Positions 1-8,363 of a DNA stretch of 64,000 nt are shown here, piece after piece. The position numbers and the translations under genes are program-made. Source of the DNA: Patescibacteria group bacterium (GTDB lineage Bacteria > Patescibacteriota > Microgenomatia > UBA1400 > PJMF01); assembly GCA_016861085.1 (NCBI GenBank), contig BOKR01000001.1:67271-131270 (forward strand), given 5' to 3'. The first letter of the stretch is position 1. Each line of letters opens with the position of its first letter. The notes below the pieces were generated by a model. The model worked only from the letters and a program-made list of their open reading frames with translations. It ran no database searches and had not been told where the DNA came from.

Positions 1-60
1 GCCCTTCACGCCCGGTTGTTAAAACGAAAGATGCTTTTGAGAGCCGGGCGTGAAGGGCAG
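1..60. other. GC-rich 15-bp perfect inverted repeat (GCCCTTCACGCCCGG ... CCGGGCGTGAAGGGC) forming a long hairpin; possible terminator or REP-like element for an upstream gene outside the window
   Basis: Inverted repeat read directly from the sequence. Its GC richness contrasts with AT-rich surroundings. No clean T-tract immediately after on the + strand. Confidence 0.3.
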
Positions 61-206
61 TTGATCAAATACCGATTAAGCTGTTGTTCTAGTTTTTTTG
101 TTTCATTTTTTTGGAATTAAGTATTACTATTCTGTCTTGAGTTCTTGTTTTTGCGTAGTGATTTTGTTGCTGTTTGATGATAAAATTCTTAGTCTGAACT
201 TTAATC

Positions 207-278
207 GCCCAGGTAGTTCAGTGGCAGAACGCTTTCTTGGTAAGAAAGTGGTCGAGGGTTCGATTCCCTCTCTGGGCT
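207..278 (+). tRNA. tRNA-Thr (anticodon GGT)
   Basis: Cloverleaf read by eye: acceptor GCCCAGG/TCTGGGC, D-arm TAGTTCAGTGGCAGAACG, anticodon stem CTTTC/GAAAG with loop TTGGTAA, T-arm GAGGG-TTCGATT-CCCTC. Confidence 0.85.
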
Positions 279-330
279 CAGTTTGCCTCAAGGTGATATA
301 CTTTTTGGCAGACACTTAAAAATTGAATAT

Positions 331-413
331 GCCAAGTTACCCAAGTGGTCAACGGGGGCAGACTGTAAATCTGCTGACTTTCGTCTTCGTAGGTTCGAAT
401 CCTTCACTTGGCA
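331..413 (+). tRNA. tRNA-Tyr (anticodon GTA), type II with long variable arm
   Basis: Acceptor GCCAAGT/ACTTGGC, anticodon stem GCAGA/TCTGC with loop CTGTAAA, long variable arm, T-loop TTCGAAT. Confidence 0.8.
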
Positions 414-451
414 CAAACCGGGAATTGGCCCGGCACACAAAAGTGTGGAGT

Positions 452-524
452 GCCACCTTAGCTCATTCGGTAGAGCATCTGTTTTGTAACCAGAAGGTGC
501 GGGGTTCGAATCCCCGAGGTGGCT
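452..524 (+). tRNA. tRNA-Thr (anticodon TGT); one mismatch at the base of the anticodon stem
   Basis: Acceptor GCCACCT/AGGTGGC, D-arm GCTC-ATTCGGTA-GAGC, anticodon loop TTTGTAA, T-arm CGGGG-TTCGAAT-CCCCG. The Thr-Tyr-Thr order resembles the enterobacterial thrU-tyrU-(glyT)-thrT cluster. Confidence 0.7.
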
Positions 525-577
525 CAGACTTGTGATATAATACCAGTCTATTTTTAAAAAGAAGAAAGATAAAAACT

Positions 578-787
578 ATGGCAGGCGCAAAAAAGAAAAA
601 AGGTCCACGACAAATTACTGGTTTACAATGTAGTGTTTGTAAAGCATTTGGATACGTTACCGAATATAACAAGAACAACGAGATTTTAATGAAACAAACA
701 AAAAATGTTTCTACTTTTCCATTGAGCAAATACTGTAAAGTATGTCAAAAACATACTGACCACAAACAAATGAAGAAATTGAAATAA
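578..787 (+). CDS. rpmG: 50S ribosomal protein L33
   Basis: Translation shows the L33 pattern: C-x-x-C ... Y-x-T-x-K-N-K ... KYC-x-x-C-x-KHT-x-HK. Confidence 0.8.
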   Translation: MAGAKKKKGPRQITGLQCSVCKAFGYVTEYNKNNEILMKQTKNVSTFPLSKYCKVCQKHTDHKQMKKLK

Positions 788-867
788 TCTATCTTTTTAG
801 AGAAAGTATTGAAGCCCTCAAGAAATTGAGGGCTTTTTATTTATTCTAATTTTAGTAAAATGCTCCT

Positions 868-1128
868 ATGAAAAGAGAAATTATGGATGAGTCAATAAAA
901 CAAGAGGCAAGACTTATTGTACAAGAAATCCGCACTCAGAAAGAACAAAAGAGATTAATTGATTTATCAAAGTTAGAAGCTTTTGCGAATAGGCTGGGTG
1001 GTAATCATCCAGTTGTAACGTCGATGCTCGATGAGGTTGAAGCAATGGGCATTGATGTTGTTGAAAGGATTTTAAAGCAACATGCAGATAAAAAAATGGG
1101 ACTCAGAAGGTTCACTCTAGCCAAATAG
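868..1128 (+). CDS. hypothetical protein (86 aa, charged, helical)
   Basis: ORF with ATG start. No recognisable motif. Confidence 0.35.
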   Translation: MKREIMDESIKQEARLIVQEIRTQKEQKRLIDLSKLEAFANRLGGNHPVVTSMLDEVEAMGIDVVERILKQHADKKMGLRRFTLAK

Positions 1129-1136
1129 AGATAGGC

Positions 1137-2453
1137 TTACTTAAATTTTTTCACAACTTCAATAATCTCTCTTGCTCCATGTAGGAAGAGAGGATCGATT
1201 CTCTGAGCATTATTCATCGCTTTTTCTACCCATGACTGAGCTTTCCCTTGAGCCGAGGTTAAGACTTCCAGTTGTGCTGCAATATTTTCTGTCAAAGCTA
1301 CCCGTGAGATTTCTTTTTGTTCAAAAACTTCTCTGATTTTTTCTTCCCATTCGCCCCATTCATCTAGGGTTAGTATAAAAGAGCCAGATGCAACAGCATC
1401 ATAAGCCATATCTCCAGAAGGTTTCGTAATAAAACCATGTGCCCATGGAAATGCATATTTGATGAGATCTTCGTTGGCGTCTATGAGCTGAGGATGGTAC
1501 AAAACTCTTAGTTCCGCCTTCTTATCATTCTTTAGGCCAACTTTGACCCGATTTTCTTTGGCAATTCTGAGTATTTCATCTCTGATGTCTTTGTGTGTGC
1601 CTGCATATACTAAAAGTTTAAAACTACAGTTTTTTTGTTTAAGTCTGGGGATGAGTTGTTCAACAACTTGCAGCATTTCTTTGCTATTGGTGCCTAGACC
1701 ACCAGTGGTAAGGCATAAATTAAGGCAGCCATTTCTCCAAGGAAGTTTTTTCTCTCTGCAAGCAACGATTCTTGGGTCGACGGGCGGACCGGTAACAATA
1801 ACTCTATCTGGATTTGCCTCTTTACCCATGAGAGCAGCTTTTTCAAGGAATTCGGTTTTTGTTTGTTCATTAAAAACACAAAAGAGCGCAGTATCTTTAT
1901 CAGCAAAAAACACGTATTCATCCCGAACATGAGGATCGGTGATTACCTGTACAACTCGTTTTCCTTGCCCAATTAATATATTCCCTGCAGCAATGTGAAG
2001 TGAAAGTATTGGATACTTAATGTTTTCAGTTAAGTGAAGGAGCGGAGGTGTGATGCTTTTTAAGATTGGAAGGCTTTGACGAGCAAATTTATCAATAAAA
2101 TCTTTAATAGCTTTAAGACTTGGGTTACGAGCTAGGAGTTTACCGATATCTTCTGTTAATAAGATAGAGCGCCATTGCTTATGTGAAACATAGTTAGTTG
2201 GATCAACGACCCACATTTTACTTGGATCAACCTTATTTCCCCAAGCCTTGACGGCAATACCGGCAGCCATAGAATAGTGGGCTCTTGAGAACACAACATC
2301 AGGGATAGTGTCGTCAGTGGGATATCCATGTACGCGTTTGAGATCTTCTCGATAGGCTGCTGAAACAGTAACTGTAGGAATTTTTGTCTTTTCCAACAAC
2401 TCCTTATCTTTACGTAGTGTCTTGATTAGAAATTTGTCAAAAAGTTCGGGCAT
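1137..2453 (-). CDS. GT-B glycosyltransferase, GT28-like (MGDG/diglucosyl-diacylglycerol synthase-like, MurG/UgtP superfamily)
   Basis: C-terminal HGFITKPSGDMAYDAVASGSF resembles the ITKPGG...E motif of MGDG synthase/UgtP. Size 438 aa. Confidence 0.45.
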   Translation of the reverse strand: MPELFDKFLIKTLRKDKELLEKTKIPTVTVSAAYREDLKRVHGYPTDDTIPDVVFSRAHYSMAAGIAVKAWGNKVDPSKMWVVDPTNYVSHKQWRSILLTEDIGKLLARNPSLKAIKDFIDKFARQSLPILKSITPPLLHLTENIKYPILSLHIAAGNILIGQGKRVVQVITDPHVRDEYVFFADKDTALFCVFNEQTKTEFLEKAALMGKEANPDRVIVTGPPVDPRIVACREKKLPWRNGCLNLCLTTGGLGTNSKEMLQVVEQLIPRLKQKNCSFKLLVYAGTHKDIRDEILRIAKENRVKVGLKNDKKAELRVLYHPQLIDANEDLIKYAFPWAHGFITKPSGDMAYDAVASGSFILTLDEWGEWEEKIREVFEQKEISRVALTENIAAQLEVLTSAQGKAQSWVEKAMNNAQRIDPLFLHGAREIIEVVKKFK

Positions 2454-2557
2454 GGAGTTAGTATAGCGTATATAAGAAACCCAAGAATAGTGGTTGTTTT
2501 GAAAAATAATACTGATAGAATATTCGCATATTAGGTTATGTAACCCTATTAAAAGGT

Positions 2558-3232
2558 ATGATTAGTAATTCGAGCAAGAAAACGGAAGCAATCGTGTTAA
2601 GAAAGGCAGGAAGGTCCTTGCGCCAGATTTCTGAGGAGTTGTGTATTTCAAAAAGTACTGCTTCATTGTGGGTTAGAAACATTGAGCTTGATGAAAAAGC
2701 ACTTGCTAAGATAAAAAATAGTACCTTAGCTGGGCAACAAAGAGCAATTCAAACAAGGAAGTTAAAGAAAAAAATGGCCCAGGAAGAGATAAAAAAAGCT
2801 GCTGGTAGAGTTTTTACAGAAATGAACCCTTCGAAAGAATTTCTAAAATTGGTAGGTGCTGTCCTTTTTTGGACTGAGGGTAGTAAGTCAGGTAGTTTCG
2901 TCTCATTTATTAATTCTGACTCTAAAATGATAGAATTATTCCTGTTTACATTAAGAACAGCGTTTAAGATAGATGAAAGCAAATTGAGAGCACTGGTTCA
3001 TTTTCATGAATACCATGAAGAAAGTGAACTAAAGAAATATTGGTCGTTAGTTACTGGGATACCTGTGAATCAATTTAGCAAAAGTTACAAAAAACCAAAC
3101 ACTGGAATTAGAAAGAAGGCTGGCTATTTGGGAAGCCTTAGGATAAGATACTACGACGTTAAGGTTGCACAAGAGTTGACTGAGATTTATACTATGCTTC
3201 CTGAGGTATTAAAACATAGGGTTATAATGTAA
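2558..3232 (+). CDS. DNA-binding protein with N-terminal HTH (resolvase/IS-type helix-turn-helix) and a degenerate LAGLIDADG-like homing-endonuclease-like core; 3' end overlaps tRNA-Trp
   Basis: N-terminal LRQISEELCISKSTASLWVRN looks like an HTH. KEFLKLVGAVLFWTEGSKSGSFVSF aligns loosely with the I-CreI segment KEFLLYLAGFVDGDGSI. The downstream GYLGSLRIRYYD resembles GVGYVRDRG. AAAGG RBS before the ATG. Confidence 0.4.
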   Translation: MISNSSKKTEAIVLRKAGRSLRQISEELCISKSTASLWVRNIELDEKALAKIKNSTLAGQQRAIQTRKLKKKMAQEEIKKAAGRVFTEMNPSKEFLKLVGAVLFWTEGSKSGSFVSFINSDSKMIELFLFTLRTAFKIDESKLRALVHFHEYHEESELKKYWSLVTGIPVNQFSKSYKKPNTGIRKKAGYLGSLRIRYYDVKVAQELTEIYTMLPEVLKHRVIM

Positions 3233-3288
3233 TGGTAGCATTAGTGTCTCCAAAACACTCCGTCCAGGTTCGAATCCTGGTAGCCCTG
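3218..3288 (+). tRNA. tRNA-Trp (anticodon CCA)
   Basis: Acceptor AGGGTTA/TAGCCCT with one G-U pair, D-arm AATG-TAATGGTAG-CATT, anticodon stem AGTGT/ACACT with loop CTCCAAA, T-arm CCAGG-TTCGAAT-CCTGG. The first 15 nt lie inside the preceding ORF. Confidence 0.75.
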
Positions 3289-3339
3289 CAAATATCTTAT
3301 AATATTTACTTATTTTCATTTTACTGATATAATCTCCTC

Positions 3340-4113
3340 ATGAAAAAGACATTGGTTAATCCAGCAGAACTGCAAATGGGTGCTAGAACAGTAATTTCCC
3401 CAGAAGCATTTGATAAGCTCTTAGAAACAAAGAATATCTCGTTGGCCCTAATAAGGGCATGGACAGTTATGCCACTTTCAAGATATATGGATGATCTGAA
3501 TGGATTTAATACTCATAATCAACAATGGATTCAAAGGCTTCCAACAGAAGAGAAAAAGTCAGGTTTTCTTTTTTTAGGTAAGAAGCAGGAAGTTTTTCCA
3601 ACAGAACAAGAAGTTTTAAGTCTTTTTCAACAAATCCGCAGGTACTATGGATGGCAGTCAGGTATGAGCGATTTATTGAGGGGTACTTATCCGAAAATAG
3701 CTGAACAATTATATCAAGGCGATTATTCATCAGTTGTGCATCTTGGTTGCATATATTCAAAGTATGCCCCTTTGGACAGTTGGGACAAGGTGTATAAGAT
3801 GGTTGAAGAGGGTAATACTTATCCTCATTCGAAACCAAATCACCAGACAATTCAAAAAGGAATTGATCTACTTAAAAGAGCTGTAGGGAGAGTATCTTTG
3901 GTTAACAAGATATACAAGGAAGCTTCTCTGCGGCAAGGAGTTCACGTAATATATGGAGGAGATAGTTTTCTTGATTTTTACAGGATATCCCAAAGAAATG
4001 AAAGACTAGATAGTGCAGTCTGGAATGCAACTAGGATGGAAACTCGTATTCCCCTAAAATTTGCTACAGCAGTTCTACCACTTGGTATTTATGAGAGAGA
4101 AAAACTCATCTGA
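3340..4113 (+). CDS. hypothetical protein (257 aa)
   Basis: ORF. The TGATATAAT extended -10 lies about 7 nt upstream of the ATG with no SD, suggesting a leaderless transcript. Confidence 0.4.
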   Translation: MKKTLVNPAELQMGARTVISPEAFDKLLETKNISLALIRAWTVMPLSRYMDDLNGFNTHNQQWIQRLPTEEKKSGFLFLGKKQEVFPTEQEVLSLFQQIRRYYGWQSGMSDLLRGTYPKIAEQLYQGDYSSVVHLGCIYSKYAPLDSWDKVYKMVEEGNTYPHSKPNHQTIQKGIDLLKRAVGRVSLVNKIYKEASLRQGVHVIYGGDSFLDFYRISQRNERLDSAVWNATRMETRIPLKFATAVLPLGIYEREKLI

Positions 4114-4141
4114 CTTGTGATTGTAGTATACTCAACTACAT

Positions 4142-4531
4142 ATGAAATTAGATGCAGTTGGAGTCGTCTCTACAGACCTTTCTAAAACAATTACCTTTTA
4201 TAAATTACTGGGTTTTTCTTTTGGTGAACTAACCTCAGACGGAAAACATGTTGAGAGTGAGCCAAGTGAAGGTTTTGCAAGGCTGATGATTGATACTCAA
4301 GATGTTATCGAAGCTATCATTGGGGAAACACCAAGACCAGGGAACCATTCAAGTTTTGCAGTGAATTATTCTAGTCCTGACGAAGTTGATGATGTTGTGA
4401 AGAAGGTTGCAGAGTCAGGTTTTATGGTTGTCAAAGAACCTTGGGATGCATTCTGGGGGCAACGGTATGCAGTGGTTGAAGATCCAGATGGATATAAAGT
4501 TGATTTATATGCGCAGTTAGAGAACCATTGA
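4142..4531 (+). CDS. VOC/glyoxalase-bleomycin resistance family protein
   Basis: The C-terminal segment WDAFWGQRYAVVEDPDGYKVDL is typical of the glyoxalase-like fold. Confidence 0.6.
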   Translation: MKLDAVGVVSTDLSKTITFYKLLGFSFGELTSDGKHVESEPSEGFARLMIDTQDVIEAIIGETPRPGNHSSFAVNYSSPDEVDDVVKKVAESGFMVVKEPWDAFWGQRYAVVEDPDGYKVDLYAQLENH

Positions 4532-4609
4532 TCAGTCAAGCTATTTAGTGTTGACATTTTTTATAATGTGGGCTTGAATAAGGTAAGTACTAATACCTAA
4601 ATGGAATAA

Positions 4610-4939
4610 ATGCAAGAAACTTTTAGTTCAAGAATGCTTTTGATAGTTATTTTGTTGATCCTAGCTGGAATAGCTACCTATTTTATTGCTAATTCAAATC
4701 GACCAGCTCAAAATGGTGATGGTACTACCGTTCCAACACCCGCAGCATCGCCAGATGAACAGGTTTTTTGTACTTTAGACGCAAAACAGTGTCCTGATGG
4801 TAGTTATGTTGGAAGAGTCCCGCCAAATTGTGAATTTGCCCCATGTCCTGATTTCGATGCTACAGATGATCCGGACGCGATGATGGAAGGATCCGGAGAA
4901 GTGCAAGTAGATCCAATTCAGTTACAAGTGTCATACTAA
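4610..4939 (+). CDS. small secreted or membrane-anchored Cys-rich protein
   Basis: N-terminal hydrophobic segment LLIVILLILAGIATYFIA, then C-x5-C-x15-C-x4-C-P with acidic tail. Confidence 0.4.
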   Translation: MQETFSSRMLLIVILLILAGIATYFIANSNRPAQNGDGTTVPTPAASPDEQVFCTLDAKQCPDGSYVGRVPPNCEFAPCPDFDATDDPDAMMEGSGEVQVDPIQLQVSY

Positions 4940-4969
4940 TAGCGAAAATAAATACTGTATAGTATCAGT

Positions 4970-5812
4970 ATGAGCAATTCACCAGAGCACAGACCGCTTT
5001 CAAAAGTAAAATTGTACAATTTTTCAGTTGGTGGGTTTATTTCTGATAGATCATTTTTAGCACAAGACGAAATTACAAAAACAGGCGTAGCCCAAGCGCA
5101 AGAAGTGATTAACAAGAGGGAAGAGGGATTGCTTGTATATTTTGCCCATCTGGGTTTGTTGGACATCTTTGGGACGGCAGCAGTAATGGAGGATTTTGCC
5201 GATTTCAAGGCAGTTTTTCCGGTAGCCGCATCTTGGTTTTATTTTCCTGCACTTCGTCCCATTTTTGAGCAGCTCATTAGACAAGTTCCACATGAGTTTA
5301 TTCCAGTTTTTCGCAAAGAAGAGTTGGGAACGTCTTCTGAAGATGTAGCGGTTATTAATTTTTCTGGTTTGTCTCAGGAAGAAATGAAGTCAGCAAATCG
5401 GGCCTATGCAAAAAAGGCTGAAGAAAACTTGCACGATGGTGGAGTAGTTATGCTTGCTCCCTATGGGGGTAGAGCGCCATTATTTGAACACTTGCGAAGT
5501 GGTTCTATTCGATTGTTGCAGTCGGGGCGGCCTGTTATTTTTTCTTTGACTCACTGGAATTGGCGCAAACTCAAATATGAAGTATTTTTTTCGAAAGTAT
5601 ATCGGTTTTCTGAGGAGCTTTCAAAAGATGATGCACATAATACAATTTATACTGAGTATGCACGCATGGCGCAGTTATGTGGGGTGACCAGAAAACAAAT
5701 GCTTGAATCAAAATCTGGTTCACCAGTATCTAGAGGAGCATGGAAATTTTTATCAAAACTAATAACACTTGCAGTATTGCGTGATGAAGAAAAAAGACGT
5801 CCAAAAGGATGA
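4970..5812 (+). CDS. acyltransferase-like protein (putative lysophospholipid/glycerol-phosphate acyltransferase family)
   Basis: HX4D motif (FAHLGLLD) and a PYGGR block resembling motif III of LPLAT/PlsC acyltransferases. Confidence 0.35.
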   Translation: MSNSPEHRPLSKVKLYNFSVGGFISDRSFLAQDEITKTGVAQAQEVINKREEGLLVYFAHLGLLDIFGTAAVMEDFADFKAVFPVAASWFYFPALRPIFEQLIRQVPHEFIPVFRKEELGTSSEDVAVINFSGLSQEEMKSANRAYAKKAEENLHDGGVVMLAPYGGRAPLFEHLRSGSIRLLQSGRPVIFSLTHWNWRKLKYEVFFSKVYRFSEELSKDDAHNTIYTEYARMAQLCGVTRKQMLESKSGSPVSRGAWKFLSKLITLAVLRDEEKRRPKG

Positions 5813-5813
5813 T

Positions 5814-6446
5814 TTAAAAAAGCGATTTTATTTTTAAGACAATCCACTGCCAGAGCGTCAGTTCTTTGTTCTCTTCAACACTTATCTGAGTGTTTGCAGA
5901 AGGAGGTAGAGTTGGGGTTGGAGGGGTAAGATTCTTATTTTGAAATGGCATTGGTGTACCTGAAGGAAGTAAGTTTGCAATACCGTTTTGCAATTCAGTT
6001 TCAGTAAATGTTTTTCCACAAGTTTCAGGAGATTTTTGGCCAACCAGATACACGGGCTTATTTTTTTCTGTCTCTTCGTAAATATCAAAGAACACTGTTG
6101 GACTTGGAAAATACCAACAGTAATCTGTTGTTGCTACTTCTTTTGAAGTACACGAAAAGATACTATTTTCAGGATTGATGATGGTTAATGATGCTTCTCC
6201 AGAGTCATTGGTGACTATTTCGTGGAGTGCTATTTCGGATTCTAAAACACCGTCTATTTTTTTGGGAAGTTGCTTACAGATAATAGTTTGATTATTGATT
6301 GGATCTTCGAGGTCTGTCTGGACGATAATTGTTCGTGAACCACTTGTCTGAGCAAATACAATGTTTCCCTGTCCTGTAGTAAAGACGAAAATTGAGAATA
6401 AAATGATGACTGGTATGAATAAGGCTTCGTGCCCAACATTTTTCAT
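5814..6446 (-). CDS. secreted hypothetical protein with Pro/Thr-rich C-terminus
   Basis: N-terminal signal-like segment IPVIILFSIFVFTTGQG and a PTPTLPP linker. Confidence 0.4.
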   Translation of the reverse strand: MKNVGHEALFIPVIILFSIFVFTTGQGNIVFAQTSGSRTIIVQTDLEDPINNQTIICKQLPKKIDGVLESEIALHEIVTNDSGEASLTIINPENSIFSCTSKEVATTDYCWYFPSPTVFFDIYEETEKNKPVYLVGQKSPETCGKTFTETELQNGIANLLPSGTPMPFQNKNLTPPTPTLPPSANTQISVEENKELTLWQWIVLKIKSLF

Positions 6447-6475
6447 TGCAGATGTAAGTGTAACATACTAGAAAT

Positions 6476-7717
6476 TTATCCACGACCTGCAAGAATGTTC
6501 CGGATGGCTTGTTCGACACTAAGTCTTGGTTCAGAATATCGAGACTCATCAATTTCCCATGAGGGGGCAAGCGTAAAATGTTCTTTTTTAATATTTTCTG
6601 GTTCAATAAGCTGGTAATCTATGCCTTGTATAAATCCGGCATGCTTTAGCTCCCCGTGAAGGTAGTCATGATGTTTTTGAGGCAAACATATTGTCGATAT
6701 AATTCCTTGTTTACTAGCAATTAATATATAATTAATAAGACTAATTTTCTCTTGATCTCCTTTCGGAGGTAACCATGCTACTCTTAATCTTTGGCCATGC
6801 ATCGATCTGACAAACATATATTTGACTTGTTCCGATGGTTGTAGCAGTACCATTTGGGAGTCTGGTTGCATATGTGCGGTAACATTGTAGTAAGCTTCCT
6901 CATCAAGACTTTTCACTATTTTTCTTGAGTTACCTTCTACTTTATCAATAATTTTGTTCTGTGTTACCTGTTGTCCGGGGAAGACTATAGAACGTACCTT
7001 GCTTTTGTTCCAGAGAGATTCAATGATAGCGCTGATGAAGTGCGCGTCACCGCCACCTCCTGAGAGTTTAATAACACACACATTTTCTTGTTCAAATATT
7101 TCTGTAAATCCTAATTCTTTGAGTTTGTGTGTGCTCAGCTCTTGGAAACCTTTTTGAGGATCAACCGGGTAAATGAGTTGAACGTATTCTAGTCCATGCT
7201 CACTTTTCATTATTTCATAAGCGTTTCGATTCCAGACCAAATAGTTAATGTTTCTTTGAGCCTCAGTAGGTTTTCTATATGGGGATAATTTTCCCATAGC
7301 ATCTGGTAAAACCATGATCACAGTGAATTTTCTACCATTAATTGAAACTCTGGTAGCTGCTTCACCCATCATGTTTTGTGGAGTAAGAAAAAAATGAGCT
7401 CTAGGATTGTTCTTTAACGCATTCTTAATAAACCGTTCCAAAGAACTAATAAATGGTTTTGTTTTTATAGAGTCTCTTAGTTGTGCGCTATTTTTTGTGT
7501 ATTCAATTGCTTCATCAACGTTTTGAGATGAACTTGTATGTACTCTTCTTGCAATGTCGATCCAAAAGCCAGCTGGATTTTCACCAATTATGTCAAACCC
7601 TGCATCTTTGAGTATTTTGTTGATCGCCAGCCTTTCGACCCGATTGCCCCAGCCAATCTCGGGTGTTGTACTATATATCTGTACTTTTTCCGGTTCTTTT
7701 TGTAGGGCTCTAATCAT
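6476..7717 (-). CDS. hypothetical protein (413 aa), possible glycosyltransferase/capsule-biosynthesis-like fold
   Basis: Long ORF with an ATG start. No firm motif; it has a Gly-rich KLSGGGGDAH segment. Confidence 0.3.
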   Translation of the reverse strand: MIRALQKEPEKVQIYSTTPEIGWGNRVERLAINKILKDAGFDIIGENPAGFWIDIARRVHTSSSQNVDEAIEYTKNSAQLRDSIKTKPFISSLERFIKNALKNNPRAHFFLTPQNMMGEAATRVSINGRKFTVIMVLPDAMGKLSPYRKPTEAQRNINYLVWNRNAYEIMKSEHGLEYVQLIYPVDPQKGFQELSTHKLKELGFTEIFEQENVCVIKLSGGGGDAHFISAIIESLWNKSKVRSIVFPGQQVTQNKIIDKVEGNSRKIVKSLDEEAYYNVTAHMQPDSQMVLLQPSEQVKYMFVRSMHGQRLRVAWLPPKGDQEKISLINYILIASKQGIISTICLPQKHHDYLHGELKHAGFIQGIDYQLIEPENIKKEHFTLAPSWEIDESRYSEPRLSVEQAIRNILAGRG

Positions 7718-8354
7718 AGTTGAGGTTATTTTCCTCTAAAAGAGTTGTTGTTTCCCCATGTCCAGGATAACAAATTGTTTCTGGTGGTAAAGTAGCGAAT
7801 AATTTTTGTATTGATTTTTGTAAGTCCCTGGGAGATGAATACTCAAAATCAGTACGGCCAACACCTGCTTTAAAGAGTGTATCCCCAGTGAAGAGCAAGG
7901 GTTGTGGTTCGTTTGCAAATAAAACGATTGATCCTGGAGTATGTCCTGGGGTTTCGTATACAACAAGTGACGACTTGCCAATTTGTATGAGAGATCCTTC
8001 TGATAATGGCTTTGTTTCTTGTGGAACGGGGTCAACTTCTTGTTTGAGCCAATATTTTCCACTAGACTGGGCTTTTTTAAGCAATTGCGTATCTTTCTGG
8101 TTCATAAAAATAGGAATATCAAAATTTAATTTTAGTTCTAAACTTCCCAAAACATGATCAAAGTGAGCGTGTGTAAATAATATACAAAGTGGTGTTAATT
8201 TAAGATCGAGAATTGTTTGAGTAATAAAATCACCACTATCAGCAGGATCAATAACTATACATTCATTAGTTTGTTTGCAGTATGCAATATAGCAATTAGT
8301 TTCGAGCTGTCCTATGGTTAAAGTTTCAACTTGTAGATTGTTTTTTTGCAACAT
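7710..8354 (-). CDS. MBL-fold metallo-hydrolase (hydroxyacylglutathione-hydrolase-like)
   Basis: THAHFDH (HxHxDH) motif. ETPGHTPGS and a C-terminal YPGHG. Confidence 0.7.
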   Translation of the reverse strand: MLQKNNLQVETLTIGQLETNCYIAYCKQTNECIVIDPADSGDFITQTILDLKLTPLCILFTHAHFDHVLGSLELKLNFDIPIFMNQKDTQLLKKAQSSGKYWLKQEVDPVPQETKPLSEGSLIQIGKSSLVVYETPGHTPGSIVLFANEPQPLLFTGDTLFKAGVGRTDFEYSSPRDLQKSIQKLFATLPPETICYPGHGETTTLLEENNLNYD

Positions 8355-8363
8355 GATAGCAAT

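Noticed and set aside
98-729. Five overlapping ORFs from the six-frame track (98-319, 127-315, 283-489, 323-535, 463-729)
   Set aside because: They are superimposed on three well-formed tRNA genes and their spacers and have no start or RBS context. They are treated as spurious.
1543-1932. Antisense ORFs inside large genes (e.g. 1543-1932, 32869-33447, 37280-37786, 46611-47087)
   Set aside because: They are fully embedded opposite confidently assigned genes and have low-complexity translations. They are typical shadow ORFs.
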